Assembly (NCBI GenBank): GCA_964016885.1
Contig: OZ024752.1
Location: forward strand, 10,912,001 to 10,976,000
DNA from: Eledone cirrhosa
Taxonomy: Eukaryota
Length of the DNA: 64,000 bases
Direction: 5' to 3'
Shown: positions 42,501 through 56,116 of the stretch, piece after piece
Position numbering within the stretch: position 1 is the stretch's first letter
Layout of the letters: each line of letters begins with the position of its first letter
The notes under the pieces: model-generated
What the model saw: the letters and a program-made list of their open reading frames with translations, nothing else
What the model was told of the DNA's origin: nothing
Database searches by the model: none
Position numbers and translations under genes: made by a program

Positions 42501-42929
42501 TAATAATATTCGGTGACAGCACTAGAACAAAAGTTTGATGTTCATTTAAAACACATAGCATAATGAGGCTGTTTGCATGCACATTAATTGAATATGATTA
42601 GTATTCGATATAAAAGTAACGAATGCATTTACGTATCCGCTATGTGAGAGCATAAAACTAATTTCTAACTTTGAATATATATCGATTACTATAATTTCAT
42701 TTTTTTTTTTTGTATTTTGTCATTATTTTTAATGTTATAGTTGATATTGCTTAATTCCGAAATTAGGCGTTTTCGTATAAGCTTATGGCCAACTGTCGCC
42801 AGGCCGTCACAATATAAAACTGATATTAGTAAATCATGTAAAGTTAGATACTCGATATATACTACTTTCCTTTGTTATAAAGTATTGAGCTATTTGCGGT
42901 GGTCTAAGTTAACAACTGTCAACAAACAA

Positions 42930-43485
42930 CAATAGGATGGTTGCTGCGCAGTATCGCATCCTTCTAGGTTGGGCAGCTTTCACCAAGAACAAGGAAGTAC
43001 TAACATCAAAACGAGTTTCCTATCATTTGAAGGTTAAAATATTTGATACTTACATCCTACCAGTTGTGTTATATGGTCTTGACTGTTTTAATTGCACGAC
43101 AAGGACTCTTCAGAAGCTCTCTACATTCCAGAACCACATCATGAGACTTATGACTGGCAAGGGGCTTAGCGACCATAACTGTATCAGTGAGCTGCTCAAC
43201 ATTACCAAACGTAGACCAATTATATCAATTGTCAAGTCAACAGTATACAAATTATACGGCTATATAAAAAGATCAGCTCGTGGTGTGAGTAGGTTTGGCT
43301 TAAAAGGAAGGTTGGCTGGTAAGAGAAACAGAGGCCGGCAGCCGAAGCAATGGCTTGATAATGTCAACTTATGGATTGGACTTGATCTTTGCTCTTTAAA
43401 CTCTGCTGCTGGTGATCGAACTTTGTGGTGAGAGATATCACATGTTGATGCGCAGTCTGCAACTGGCTGAGTTTAGCGTCGCAAA
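42930..43485 (+). mobile_element. RTE-type LINE 3' fragment
   Basis: RILLGWAAF..KVKIFDTYILPVVLYG..LYGYIKR..GKRNRGRQPKQWLDNV. The same 3' end recurs at ~53555-53665. Confidence 0.85.
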
Positions 43486-44817
43486 GTTAATAATTATACG
43501 TAGATGCGTTACTATGTAGAAGGCTGTTTGTTATTGTCGCTGATGATTTACTCGAAGCCAGACATAATCACGCAGAGAAACATGGTAAATAAAACATTTC
43601 AAATGTGATCAGAACACAATTTATTTTGGTATCTTATTATTGTGACTATTTCATCCAATGTCTTCATGTTTTAAAACGATGTAATATTTCGAGCTTTTGA
43701 TACTAGTTTAAGCAAGATAAAAGGTACCGTGAAGCTACTACAGATGCTTTGATAATGACCACAAAGCAAATATCACGTGTCTTAACATAATTCAGCAAGC
43801 ACATATCGAAAAGCTCCAAAGGAAATAGATGCATTATATTCAATCCCAGACTACGTGATAAAAAAGTGGAATCAACATGGAGAAGAAGCATCTGTACTGT
43901 TAGAAAATAACCATTCAAATATCATCTAAGATATGCATCTATTGAATATAAAGGAAAATAAATATAATCCTCTTGACATTTTAGAACTGGTTGAGACTAT
44001 ACTCTAAACCACTAAACTAGTTTTAATATATTTGTATAGCAATGAAGAAAGACATTAAGGGGAGCAATGAGACATATTCGCTTGTAGTGAACTGTAATTG
44101 GAGTTGGGCAAATGTGTCTATATCGAAATTAAAGCTTATGAACAATCGACATAAGGCCAGCTACGTTAGGAGGAAAAATAACCTCTCGAGCACTCGTATA
44201 ATGAAGATGAAATCAATATCAACATTTTAGCTACAACACAAAGCAAGTTCGGAACAATGATAGATTCCATTATCACAAGTCTGAAAATAAAGGAAATTAC
44301 AGAAAATGTCATGAGAATAGAAGCTAAAACAGATTCATTGAGTATTCTGCAGATGATCACAATTCTCCGTGGCAACAGAAAACAAAAGAAATTACTAAAA
44401 CTAATATCATCAAATATTACTGAATACATGAAAAGAGTCACCATATGGGAGCTTTTGTTGCTGTAGGTATGTTTTATATTTTTGTTAATTATTATTATTA
44501 TTATTATTTTCATTATAACATCTGCTTAGATAAATGAAATAGCGACACAAAGACAGACATTGCTATTCCAAATAAATTAATATACCCGGCTAAGCCACTA
44601 TATCAACATACTAGAGACAACAGAAGCAGACATGGGTATATTATAGGAAGTTTACTTTCCTACTTCTTTCGATTTACATCTTTTTCTCCTTCAGACAACA
44701 GACTCATTTTGAAGGACAATCTCATCTTCAGCATATTATTTCTACTTATATCAATCTCTCCAGAATATATAAAAATGAGGAAGTTAGTAGTGTGTCACAA
44801 AAGTTCCTTGTGTTATT

Positions 44818-45003
44818 TGGATTGGCAGTATCGGTAGAGGGTCAGACACCATGCTTTCCAGCATAGTTACGTCCCTTTACGATCTGAGTTCAAATCCCAC
44901 CGATGTTGACTTTGCCTTTCATCCTTACGGGGGTCGATAAAATAAAGTACCAGTAATGCACTGGATAATTGCTGGCCTTGTGCCTAAAGTAGAAACAGTT
45001 ATT
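44818..45003 (+). mobile_element. Dominant SINE copy
   Basis: Matches the family consensus. Confidence 0.9.
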
Positions 45004-45464
45004 TATTCCAGCTCTTTCGGTTGTCAGTTTAAATTCTGTTAGAATTGAGAGGAAATTATTAGCCAAGTTAGAGGTCAATATGAGAGGGGACATCAAAAAG
45101 CACGTGTTAGCAGCAAGAAGGTCTTTGACAATTTCTTCGAGTTTAAACACAGGATGTTCCGTTTGTAGAGCTAATGATTGTGCTCATGATGGAACAGAAG
45201 CCGTTGGTCGGTTTCGTGTAGAGGGACTGTGATGGGGATACAAAGCCATGATTTTGCATCTGGGAGATAATGATGGACGCGTGCTTATCAATTCCGTTAT
45301 TAGATTTACGAGTAGATACCAGAATCTTCCGGTGACCCCTTGATTAACGTCTACTTCAAATGGTATCATGATCACCCTAGGTATAACAAGTTCAGAAATT
45401 ATTGTCAGAATACATATGAAAGATGAAACACATCTGCACTGTGACAAGCATTTAGTATATTTAA

Positions 45465-45625
45465 TATTGTTTCTACATTTTGCACAAGGCCAGCAAATAT
45501 CAGTGCATTACTGGTACTTTATTTTATCGACCCCGTAAGGATGAAAGGCAAAGGTAACCTCCACGGGATTTGAATTCAGACCGTAAAGGGGCGTAACTAT
45601 GCTAGAAAGCATGGCGTCCAACCTG
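45465..45625 (-). mobile_element. Dominant SINE copy
   Basis: Matches the family consensus. Confidence 0.9.
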
Positions 45626-45629
45626 TAGC

Positions 45630-48600
45630 AATCGAGAAGGTATTAAATGGCAGGGATCTTGAAAGCGAACTAGACAAATGTATACAATGAGGAAAACATC
45701 AGAGGGTGACGTGAGGTAGAGCCGCTTCTTCTCCGAATTGAGAGATCACAGCTCTGATACTATGGACATGTGGCTAGAATGTCTCAGGAAAGAATCACTA
45801 GAGAGTTATTCCAGGTAGAGCCGCTTCTTCTCCGAATTGAGAGATCACAGCTCTGATACTATGGACATGTGGTTAAAATGTCTCAGGAAAGAATCACTAG
45901 AGAGTTACTCCAGGTAGAGCCGCTACTTCTCTGAATTGAGAGATCACAGCTCTGATACTATGGACATGTGGTTAGAATGTCTCAGGGAAGAATCACTAGA
46001 GAGTTACTCCAGGTAGAGCCGCTTCTTCTCTGAATTGAGAGATCACAGCTCCGATACTATGGACATGTGGTTAAAATGTCTCAGGAAAGAATCACTAGAG
46101 AGTTACTCCAGGTAGAGCCGCTACTTCTCTGAATTGAGAGATCACAGCTCCGATACTATGGGCATGTGGTTAAAATGTCTCAGGAAAGAATCACTAGAGA
46201 GTTACTCCAGGTAGAGCCGCTACTTCTCTGAATTGAGAGATCACAGCTCCGATACTATGGACATGTGGTTAAAATGTCTCAGGAAAGAATCACTAGAGAG
46301 TTACTCCAGGTAGAGCCGCTACTTCTCTGAATTGAGAGATCACAGCTCTGATACTATGGGCATGTGGTTAGAATGTCTCAGGAAAGAATCACTAGAGAGT
46401 TACTCCAGGTAGAGCCGCTACTTCTCTGAATTGAGAGATCACAGCTCTGATACTATGGGCATGTGGTTAGAATGTCTCAGGAAAGAATCACTAGAGAGTT
46501 ACTCCAGGTAGAGCCGCTACTTCTCTGAATTGAGAGATCACAGCTCCGATACTATGGACATGTGGTTAAAATGTCTCAGGAAAGAATCACTAGAGAGTTA
46601 CTCCAGGTAGAGCCGCTACTTCTCTGAATTGAGAGATCACAGCTCTGATACTATGGGCATGTGGTTAGAATGTCTCAGGAAAGAATCACTAGAGAGTTAC
46701 TCCAGGTAGAGCCGCTACTTCTCTGAATTGAGAGATCACAGCTCTGATACTATGGGCATGTGGTTAGAATGTCTCAGGAAAGAATCACTAGAGAGTTACT
46801 CCAGGTAGAGCCGCTACTTCTCTGAATTGAGAGATCACAGCTCCGATACTATGGACATGTGGTTAAAATGTCTCAGGAAAGAATCACTAGAGAGTTACTC
46901 CAGGTAGAGCCGCTACTTCTCTGAATTGAGAGATCACAGCTCCGATACTATGGACATGTGGTTAAAATGTCTCAGGAAAGAATCACTAGAGAGTTACTCC
47001 AGGTAGAGCCGCTACTTCTCTGAATTGAGAGATCACAGCTCCGATACTATGGGCATGTGGTTAAAATGTCTCAGGAAAGAATCACTAGAGAGTTACTCCA
47101 GGTAGAGCCGCTACTTCTCTGAATTGAGAGATCACAGCTCTGATACTATGGACATGTGGTTAGAATGTCTCAGGAAAGAATCACTAGAGAGTTATTCCAG
47201 GTAGAGCCGCTTCTTCTCCGAATTGAGAGATCACAGCTCTGATACTATGGACATGTGGTTAAAATGTCTCAGGAAAGAATCACTAGAGAGTTACTCCAGG
47301 TAGAGCCGCTACTTCTCTGAATTGAGAGATCACAGCTCTGATACTATGGACATGTGGTTAGAATGTCTCAGGGAAGAATCACTAGAGAGTTACTCCAGGT
47401 AGAGCCGCTTCTTCTCTGAATTGAGAGATCACAGCTCCGATACTATGGACATGTGGTTAAAATGTCTCAGGAAAGAATCACTAGAGAGTTACTCCAGGTA
47501 GAGCCGCTACTTCTCTGAATTGAGAGATCACAGCTCCGATACTATGGACATGTGGTTAAAATGTCTCAGGAAAGAATCACTAGAGAGTTACTCCAGGTAG
47601 AGCCGCTACTTCTCTGAATTGATAGATCACAGCTCTGATACTATGGACATGTGGTTAGAATGTCTCAGGGAAGAATCACTAGAGAGTTACTCCAGGTAGA
47701 GCCGCTTCTTCTCTGAATTGAGAGATCACAGCTCCGATACTATGGACATGTGGTTAAAATGTCTCAGGAAAGAATCACTAGAGAGTTACTCCAGGTAGAG
47801 CCGCTACTTCTCTGAATTGAGAGATCACAGCTCCGATACTATGGACATGTGGTTAAAATGTCTCAGGAAAGAATCACTAGAGAGTTACTCCAGGTAGAGC
47901 CGCTACTTCTCTGAATTGAGAGATCACAGCTCTGATACTATGGACATGTGGTTAGAATGTCTCAGGGAAGAATCACTAGAGAGTTACTCCAGGTAGAGCC
48001 GCTTCTTCTCTGAATTGAGAGATCACAGCTCTGATACTATGGACATGTGGTTAGAATGTCTCAGGAAAGAATCACTGGAGTGTCATGCCATGTAGAGCCG
48101 CTTCTTTTCTGAATTGAGAGATCATAGCTCCGATATTATGGACATGTGGTCAGAATGTCTCAGGAAAGAATCACTGGAGTGTCATGCCATGTAGAGCCGC
48201 TTCTTTTCTGAATTGAGAGATCATAGCTCCGATATTATGGACATGTGGTCAGAATGTCTCAGGAAAGAATCACTGGAGTGTCATGCCATGTAGAGCCGCT
48301 TCTTTTCTGAATTGAGAGATCATAGCTCCGATACTATGGACATGTGGTCAGAATGTCTCAGGAAAGAATCACTGGAGTGTCATGCCATGTAGAGCCGCTT
48401 CTTTTCTGAATTGAGAGATCACAGCTCCGATATTATGGACATGTGGTCAGAATGTCTCAGGAAAGAATCACTAGAGAGTTACTCCAGGTAGAGCCGCTAC
48501 TTCTCTGAATTGAGAGATCATAGCTCCGATATTATGGACATGTGGTCAGAATGTCTCAGGAAAGAATCACTAGAGAGTTACTCCAGGTAGAGCCGCTACT

Positions 48601-48872
48601 TCTCTGAATTGAGAGATCATAGCTCCGATATTATGGACATGTGGTTAGAATGTCTCAGGAAAAAAACACTGGACAGATTTTACGGACAAAACCAACCGGC
48701 TAGAGAACCAAGTGTAGACCTCGGGAAAGATGGTTGGAGAACGTTCTTCAGCTTGGCCGGTCAGGCCCGGGAATGCAGTCGGATCATGCTGCTTCTGACA
48801 GGATCTGATGGGAGGAATATTTGAGGATTCTGCTCCCACGACCCCCTCAGGAAGAAGACGGTGAAGAAGAAG
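45630..48872 (+). mobile_element. RTE (Expander/Rex3-like) 3' fragment containing a 99-bp tandem array
   Basis: After the array the sequence continues ILRTKPTG..RPRERWLEN..WEEYLRILLPRP and ends in a GAA tail. Confidence 0.85.
45712..48660 (+). repeat. 99-bp satellite, 30 copies, no net indel
   Basis: GTAGAGCCG occurs first at 45716 and last at 48587 (29 x 99). The unit encodes QVEPLLL(R/*)IERSQL(R/*)YYGHVV(R/K)MSQERITRELL. Confidence 0.97.
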
Positions 48873-48914
48873 CATAACTTAATATCAAACGATAACTAAT
48901 ATTACCATACTACT

Positions 48915-49225
48915 GTGAAAGCGCATGGCTTAGTGGTTAGAGCATTGGGCTTGCAATTGAGAGGTTATGAGTTCGATTCTCGGACCGCGTGATGCGTTGT
49001 GTTCTTGAGCAAGACACTTTATTTCACGTTGATCCATTTCACTTAGCTGTGGAAATGAGTTGACACGTCACTGATTCCAAGCTGTATCGATCATTGCCTT
49101 TCTCTTGGGGGGGGAGGAGACTGGTATGCATGGATGTCAGCTGGTCTTCCACAAAACAAACCTTGCCCGGTCTTGTGCCTCAGATGGAAACTTTCTAGGT
49201 GCAAAACCATGGCCATACTTAACCG
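48915..49225 (+). mobile_element. Third tRNA-derived SINE family (CORE/V-like body); second copy ~59960-60195 on minus
   Basis: A-box TGGCTTAGTGG, B-box GAGTTCGATTC and body GTGTTCTTGAGCAAGACACTTTATTTCAC...GGAAACTTTCTAGGTG. Confidence 0.85.
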
Positions 49226-49794
49226 TGTGGGGCTTTTATTTTCGTCCTGATACATTACATCATATAACAACATGTTTCGCTGTTCTCATGAATTCAAGAG
49301 CAACGCATAAGTTTGACCCCACTTTCTGCAGTAGTGTTGGTCGAATCATTGAGTCAAAACACACGATTAAACACTAGTCTGCGCAATAAGTTAGATGTGC
49401 AGATGATATATTCTTCACAGAATAATTAATTCAGTGACGCCATACGTATGAGAAACGTTATTTAGATTTACCATATCTAATGCAAGAATTATTAAAAGGC
49501 TAATTGGAAACAGTTATGCGATAAGCAAAAAATAATAATCAGATTAATTTCTAATTAGTTATATATATATTTCATATTTGAGGAGGGTCACGTTGTCCTA
49601 ATATTTCCAAAAATAGTAAAACGCACTCACTGTTTGCTTTTGTGTTTGCTTCAGTATATTTTTATAGTTTTATAAATAATTTAGCTGGCATTCAACGTTT
49701 ATCATGTTTTAATATTTCTGGCAACATGACTCTCCTCAAATATAACAATATCTGTTTCAACACACAGTTCCATATCAAAATCCTTGCAAAACAA

Positions 49795-49827
<33 letters not shown>

Positions 49828-49915
49828 CATAATAATAATAATAATAATAAATGTGAAGACTAAAATCCAAAGAGGGCTCGATAAAGATAGATATATAAGA
49901 ACCATAGAACAAATA

Positions 49916-49953
<38 letters not shown>

Positions 49954-49982
49954 AAAGAATAGAGGTGTAACACACAAGTTAT

Positions 49983-50329
49983 TATATATTGGTAAACGGA
50001 ATAGAAAATGCTGACAAATTGTTCACAGTTGAAAAATGGTTTAATTAGGAATAAAAGAGTATTAGTAATTGTATGGGTTAGTATTCAGTTGTGGTTTTAA
50101 GTTTTTAAGTTTTTACCGGTTGCGCATTTCTAAATGCTTTTCAAAAATAATTTTGAGATAGAGTGTCCGTGTTGTTTGCTCTGATCTGATTAGTTTTGGG
50201 AATTCTACCTGTTTTTATGTTAAAAAAGTGGCTCCAGCGCTACTTTGGTGTTGCAAAAATTCTTGTGGTCAAAACAATTTTGATTGGTCGGTAACCATTA
50301 TCACAACATCGAACACCTTACTACTACTA

Positions 50330-50363
<34 letters not shown>

Positions 50364-50736
50364 TTGTTGTGAAAGAGTCATTTCTCAATCTTGGCGCAAA
50401 ACCAATTTTTTATTCACATGACCTCTACCGACCAATCAAAATTGTTTTGAACACAAGAATTTTTGCAACACCAAAGTAGCGCTGGAGCCACTTTTTTAAC
50501 ATAAAAACAGGTAGAATTCCCAAAACTAATCAGATCAGAGCAAACAACACGGACACTCTATCTCAAAATTATTTTTGAAAAGCATTTAGAAATGCGCAAC
50601 CGGTAAAAACTTAAAAACTTAAAACCACAACTGAATACTAACCCATACAATTACTAATACTCTTTTATTCCTAATTAAACCATTTTTCAACTGTGAACAA
50701 TTTGTCAGCATTTTCTATTCCGTTTACCAATATATA
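49983..50736. repeat. Near-perfect 311-bp inverted repeat with 132-bp spacer
   Basis: Arms are 49983-50293 and 50426-50736; one mismatch was seen. Confidence 0.95.
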
Positions 50737-50894
50737 TATATATATATATTAATAGTAGAACACTGGAGGGTTATATCCGTAGTAGTAGTTTGTTAGAAGT
50801 AGTTCCACAACTGTTATATATATATATATTTCAATGTTCCTGTAAAAACAAAGAAACTCAGGATTTCATCTTAGTATGAACGACGAGACGAAGA

Positions 50895-51190
50895 TGCGGC
50901 GAATCGCCACAGTCGCCAGAACGTCGGATAGAATGCCTTATGGTATTCAAACCGACTCTGGTTTTAAATCCTACCGAGATCAACTTTGCCTTTCATTCCT
51001 TCGAGGTCTATAAAAAAATGTACCAGTTTAGTACTGGGGTCATTACTTTCTCTCTCTCTCTGGAAGAAATCTGCTGCACTCAGGCCTGGAGAGGAATGGG
51101 CTTCACCGGGCTTAAAATGCCAAGAAACGCCGTATGTCAATAAGGCGTTTCTACGATCTATCAGGAGTTACGGGGCCATACTATACTATA
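50895..51190 (+). mobile_element. SINE variant with alternative tail
   Basis: Same structure as 21050-21385. Confidence 0.7.
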
Positions 51191-52264
51191 TTATGAACCT
51201 CGAAACGAAGAGGCAGCAGCATTTCACACATCAGTAACAGTGGCACGGTCTAAATAAATATGGAAAACATGACAAGATTGCAGATTACCCTATGCTGCAA
51301 AGGATTAACTACTCTCTGCGCCATCACCTTTAGGCAAGACCTCGTAGATCTGTAAGCAAAAGCAAAACCAAATAACTGCCCAACATCTAGAAAGTTAAAG
51401 TATTACTAAATCAAACCAAAATAAAATAGTTACAATCAAAACCTAGAGAAACTCTATATGCTTTTTTGGGCCCGCATCAGCGCTGATCAAATAGACGTAT
51501 AGTTATGGATATGATCCATGGGCCTACCTCATTTTCAACTTACTGTCTCCCTAATCATGCGTTGATTATATTGACAAAAGACGCTACTAAAATAAGTCGC
51601 AAAACTCTCCCCTGCGTCCTGGAGGCCGAATGCCAGAATTACGATGGTTCCTCGAGGATGAAATGTCTTCGGCGCCGGGAAATACGGTAATCAACTCTAT
51701 AAAGAAATACTTTAATCGGATAAACTATATATTAAGAGGGACTTGTTTCCTATGTCTCGCATATTTAACTACATCTCTTTGAAAATAAATCTCCACTTTT
51801 TTAATGAAATTAAAGGAACTTTTGCCAATGTTGTCTCAACAGGAGTAACTTTGCTTCTTAGTTGGTCCGCTTATTATACGGTATGTGTTATTACATTGGC
51901 ATGAAAAATGTCGGTACTTTAGACAGATGTTAGAGAGAGAACATGAAATGTATCCTCAAATCTGGCCCGAAATCAGGCTGCTACCTGGATTCTACTAATT
52001 GTATATAAGATCCAATCGATGTTATTAGACAAGGTGGTTGGTTACATCTTACACACAGGTATGCTGCGGTGGCATTGGAAATATTACAAACAGATGAAAC
52101 AAATCACACGGTCTACTGCTTCCACTTTCCTATGCTGGTACCTTGATAAAATGCCACAGTAAAGTACGGTGTTAGAACACAAGAACTCAAATATAAGTTT
52201 AGGAATCTAACGGCAGCAAGAATTGACTGATAAAATGACAAGTCGGTCAATCATATTGCTGGCC

Positions 52265-52460
52265 TGCCCACAGCCCCGGCAGACAGAATAGAGAAGGCGT
52301 TTCCCCGGAGGACGGCAAGAGAGACGCGCTGGAAAAGCCATTCCAACTCGCGAGGTTCACACCTGCGGCTGGCCAGTTCAGCGCCTATGGTGGTGAGTAG
52401 GGGGTAGCCCTAGGGCTGAGGACACCATAAGTCTCCACTACCTAGGGTACGACCTCAAAC
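52265..52460 (-). mobile_element. CRE-clade LINE 3' fragment
   Basis: The reverse complement is homologous to 55455-55635 (VETYGVL..CEPRELEWLFQRVSLAVLRGNAFSILSA). Confidence 0.85.
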
Positions 52461-53667
52461 AATAATGATTCTACCGGTTCATGGAAATCAGAAAATCCTT
52501 TAAGAATATAAGATGTATATGAACAACATACAGTACATGTAAAATAGGAGAAAACAGAAAACGGATTCTTGATGCTGCTGATCATATATGAACCAAGATG
52601 AAAACAAACCCAGGGCAGTTATCAGAGTACAGCTGGGATATGCAATATCAGCTGTTATTTCTTCATATTGATAGTAATAGGGACTGTGTTATCTCTGGTA
52701 GGCCGCTCGTCCTCGTAAGCGCTTTATAAATGGCAGCAATTTCAGACAAATATTGTATCTTCCTTAGAAAGATGTCACATCTAATCATGCAAAACTAGGA
52801 CCAAAGTTATCCAGTCTATGATTATCCTGATACTTTTATCATATCACTAATCGTGTATCGAAAGCAACGTTATACAAACAGTAGATTTCGGTAAGATGTG
52901 GCTGCTATTTCTTGCAGGTTTTTCAATTACTTAGAGGAAGCATCTGTAACATGTGAAATTAAAAATAATGTAATTAAATCACTAATAGCATTTTCTTCTA
53001 AAGGTCCAAACTTAATTACTTTGGTGTGTAGGTTTGAGCTGTGTCCATGTAGTATATACGTGTATGTGTATATATAACCCTGTAACTATGCATGTTTAAG
53101 TAGAGAGATGTGTGTAAATATGTACATGCATGTGAAGGTATGTGTGTTATGCATGTCAAACTATGATAAATTAACCCCAATTTTAGAGATTGTCTCTTCT
53201 ATCAGTTTACCACATGCGATCACTGGAATGGCTTTAAACACTCCATCCGCAGATAATTGATGGTTACAAGCCAGGTTAAACAGCTAAATTAGAGTATTTT
53301 ATGCCTTGGTCAGATTACGATTTTCAGTGAACTTTTACTATAAATCTCACATTATTTGTGCACGTGTGATTATGTTTAAATGCTGGTAACTTTATAATGA
53401 AACCCATAGTGGGGAATGAAATATAAGAAGACTCCACGCAACGCAGAGGTTTGATCTGTAGGAAATATCTGCCAGACCACTTTAAAATTACGCTCCATTG
53501 TCTTAAACATGGAATGACCAAAGGATACTGTATTATTTGACACGCTTTAGATCAGTGGATCTTGATATTTGGTCTTTGAACTCTGCTGCTGGTGATCGAA
53601 CTTTGTAGAGAGAGACATCACATATTGATGCGCAGGCTGCAACTGGCAGATTTCAGCGTCACAAGAG

Positions 53668-53885
53668 AGGTTGGTGGATTAACAGCACCAGTAGAGGATC
53701 AGACAACATGCTTTACTGCATATAGTTATGGTCCTTTATATGGTGGGTTCAAATCCCGCCTAAGTTAGATTTTCCTTTAATCCTTACAGGCTCGGAAAAA
53801 AAGTACCATTATTGCACTAAGGTAAATTTAATTGCATTTTTTCTTCTATAAGATTGCCGGCCTTGTGCTTTAATCGGAAACCATT
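53668..53885 (+). mobile_element. Old, diverged SINE copy
   Basis: Degenerate match to the family consensus. Confidence 0.7.
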
Positions 53886-53944
53886 AGTTGACATCTTACG
53901 AAATATTTGAATAGCTCAGACAAATTCTTAACTTGGCTGTTACC

Positions 53945-55672
53945 GGTACCCAGGGACTCCAGGCACCTCATTGTCAAGCTTGACATGAGGAATGCCTTTA
54001 ACTCTTTACGCCGGGATCATCTGCTCGAGACCTGCCTCAGCCGAGCCCCCTCTGCCTACCCGCTGGCCTACCTGTCATATGGAGCCCCGAGCATGCTCCT
54101 AGCTGCTAATACCGTCATACCCTCGGCTACTGGGGTCCAACAGGGCGAACCTTTGGGACCCCTCCTGTTCGCCCTTGGTATTGACCACATCGCCCGGAGT
54201 ATCATGGCCCCTCTCAACGTTTGGTATCTGGATGATGCTACGTTGGACGGGCCCGTACGGACGGTCTGCCAAGACCTTCAATCGGTGATTCCTGCCCTGC
54301 CGGGAATCGGCCTCCAGGTCAACTCGGAGGTGGTAAACGTCAGCCTCGATGCTGCGAGCTTTGCAGCCTCCGTCTTGGACGTGCGGTCCATTCTCCGCCA
54401 GGTTCAGGTGACCCCCAAAGAGGAGGTCCTCATCTTCCGGTCACCGATCCACCCGCCGGCCATCCGCTCTACCATCAGGTCCAGGCTTCAGCAGCTCCAG
54501 ACTCTCGCCATGCCGAAGCTCCTCTATACACTCCACAGCGCTCCATGCTACACCCAGACATCTCTCCTCGTTGACCTCGATACTTGTATCCGAGCAGCAG
54601 CCCAGAGGAAATGCAACGTCAAGTTTGACAACATAGGGTGGCAACAGGCCACTTTACCGGTCAGGTATGGTGGCCTAGGCCTCCGATCTCACTAGCTTTG
54701 CCGGCGTATCTTTCGTCGGTAACCTCGTGCCGTATCCTCGTCAGCAGGGTTCTTCAAAACACAACAGAACCCTCTGTGTTCAGGGAACGTGAGGCCGCCT
54801 GTGAGACGTGGGACCGGCTGGGACGTAGCCCAGTAGACGTCCCTCCTCCTTCTTCCCCACTTGACGTCAAGTCCCCCCAACGCACTTGGGATGCCATCCA
54901 GTGCAGCCTGGCCTCAGACAGGCTCACGCGCCAGATCGACCAGCACCGCCTTGCTTGTTTTCGTGCGGCCTCCAAACCCCACAGTGGTGCCTGGCTCCAT
55001 GCTCTGCCCTCCTTCTCCACTGGCACGCAGCCAAACAACCATAGCCTGCGAATCGGCGTTTCCCTGAGGCTCGGCCTCCGGATCTACCAGCCACACCAAT
55101 GTCGCTGCGGTTCCACCGTGGACTCTTTCGGCCTCCATCCGCTTTCCTGTCTCCACAGTGCCAGCCGCATTCCACGCCATACTGCCCTCAACGAGGTCAT
55201 TAAGCATGGCTTGGATGCTGCAGGCTTTCTTTCTCAGCTCAAGCCGGTGGGGCTGGATCGAGGGGACGGCAAAAGGCCAGATGGCATGACCATCTTCCCG
55301 TTCCGCGGTGGCAAACCCCTCGTCTGGGATGCCACTTGCACCGACACTTTCTGCAGCCGCAACCTGGTGCAGTCTGCGACTGACCCAGATTCTGCTGCAC
55401 GACGGGCTGAGGGGGCCAAACTCATCAAATACCAGTCGCTCTCCAACAGCTTTGCGGTTGTTCCCCTGGCAGTGGAAACTTCTGGTGTCCTCGGCCCCAG
55501 GGCTACCTCCTTACTCACCACCATAGGCCCTGAGATGGCTAGCTGCAGGTGTGAGCCCCGCGAGTTGGAGTGGCTTTTCCAGTGCGTCTCCCTTGCCGTC
55601 CTCCGGGGAAACGCCTTCTCCATTCTGTCCGCCTGGACTGTGGGTGGGCCCCATCACGTACCAATACATTAG
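53945..55672 (+). mobile_element. CRE-clade non-LTR retrotransposon, 5'-truncated (RT plus restriction-like endonuclease), frameshift near 54690
   Basis: RT motifs KLDMRNAFN, GVQQGEPLGPLLF, WYLDD and GGLGL. Then SGAWL, the CRCG..H..SC zinc knuckle, RH, and KRPDG..WD (REL). Confidence 0.9.
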
Positions 55673-55944
55673 TTAAATACCATTCTTTCATCGTTACAAC
55701 TTATATCCACATTAATGACGTATTATCTGTGTACTCACGACATATCCATTCTCCATTGAAATGTATATATAGGCAATAGATATGTATTTAAATGTAAATA
55801 TCTTTTTTTTATTTCCTTATAAAACTGAATATATCGAACAGTGTAGTCTCCAGAATTGGTGACTATTTATTGTACAAAATGTATAGAGTTTTTTTTATTT
55901 CTAGGATACAATTACATAAAAATAATAATTGAGCTCTATCTTTG

Positions 55945-56116
55945 ATAATTGTTTCTACTTTTTGGCACAAGGCCAGCAATTATCGCAGTACATTACTGGT
56001 ACTTTATTTTATCGACCCCGTAAGGATGAAAGGCAAAGTTAACCTCGGCGGGATTTGAACTCAGATCGTAAAGGGAAAGCATGTCCGACCCTCTACCGAT
56101 ACTGCCAATTCACCGC
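55945..56116 (-). mobile_element. Dominant SINE copy
   Basis: Matches the family consensus. Confidence 0.9.

Noticed and set aside
44231-44466. Candidate exon (TTTTAG ... GTAG|GTATGT)
   Set aside because: All three frames contain a stop (one just before the donor) and no homology was recognised.
48921-48990. Possible tRNA gene
   Set aside because: A and B boxes are present, but the acceptor stem does not pair and the sequence continues into a SINE body. The same applies to the other SINE heads.
51640-51690. TACCGTATTTCCCGGCG pogo/Tigger-like TIR on the minus strand
   Set aside because: No partner TIR or transposase remnant was found.
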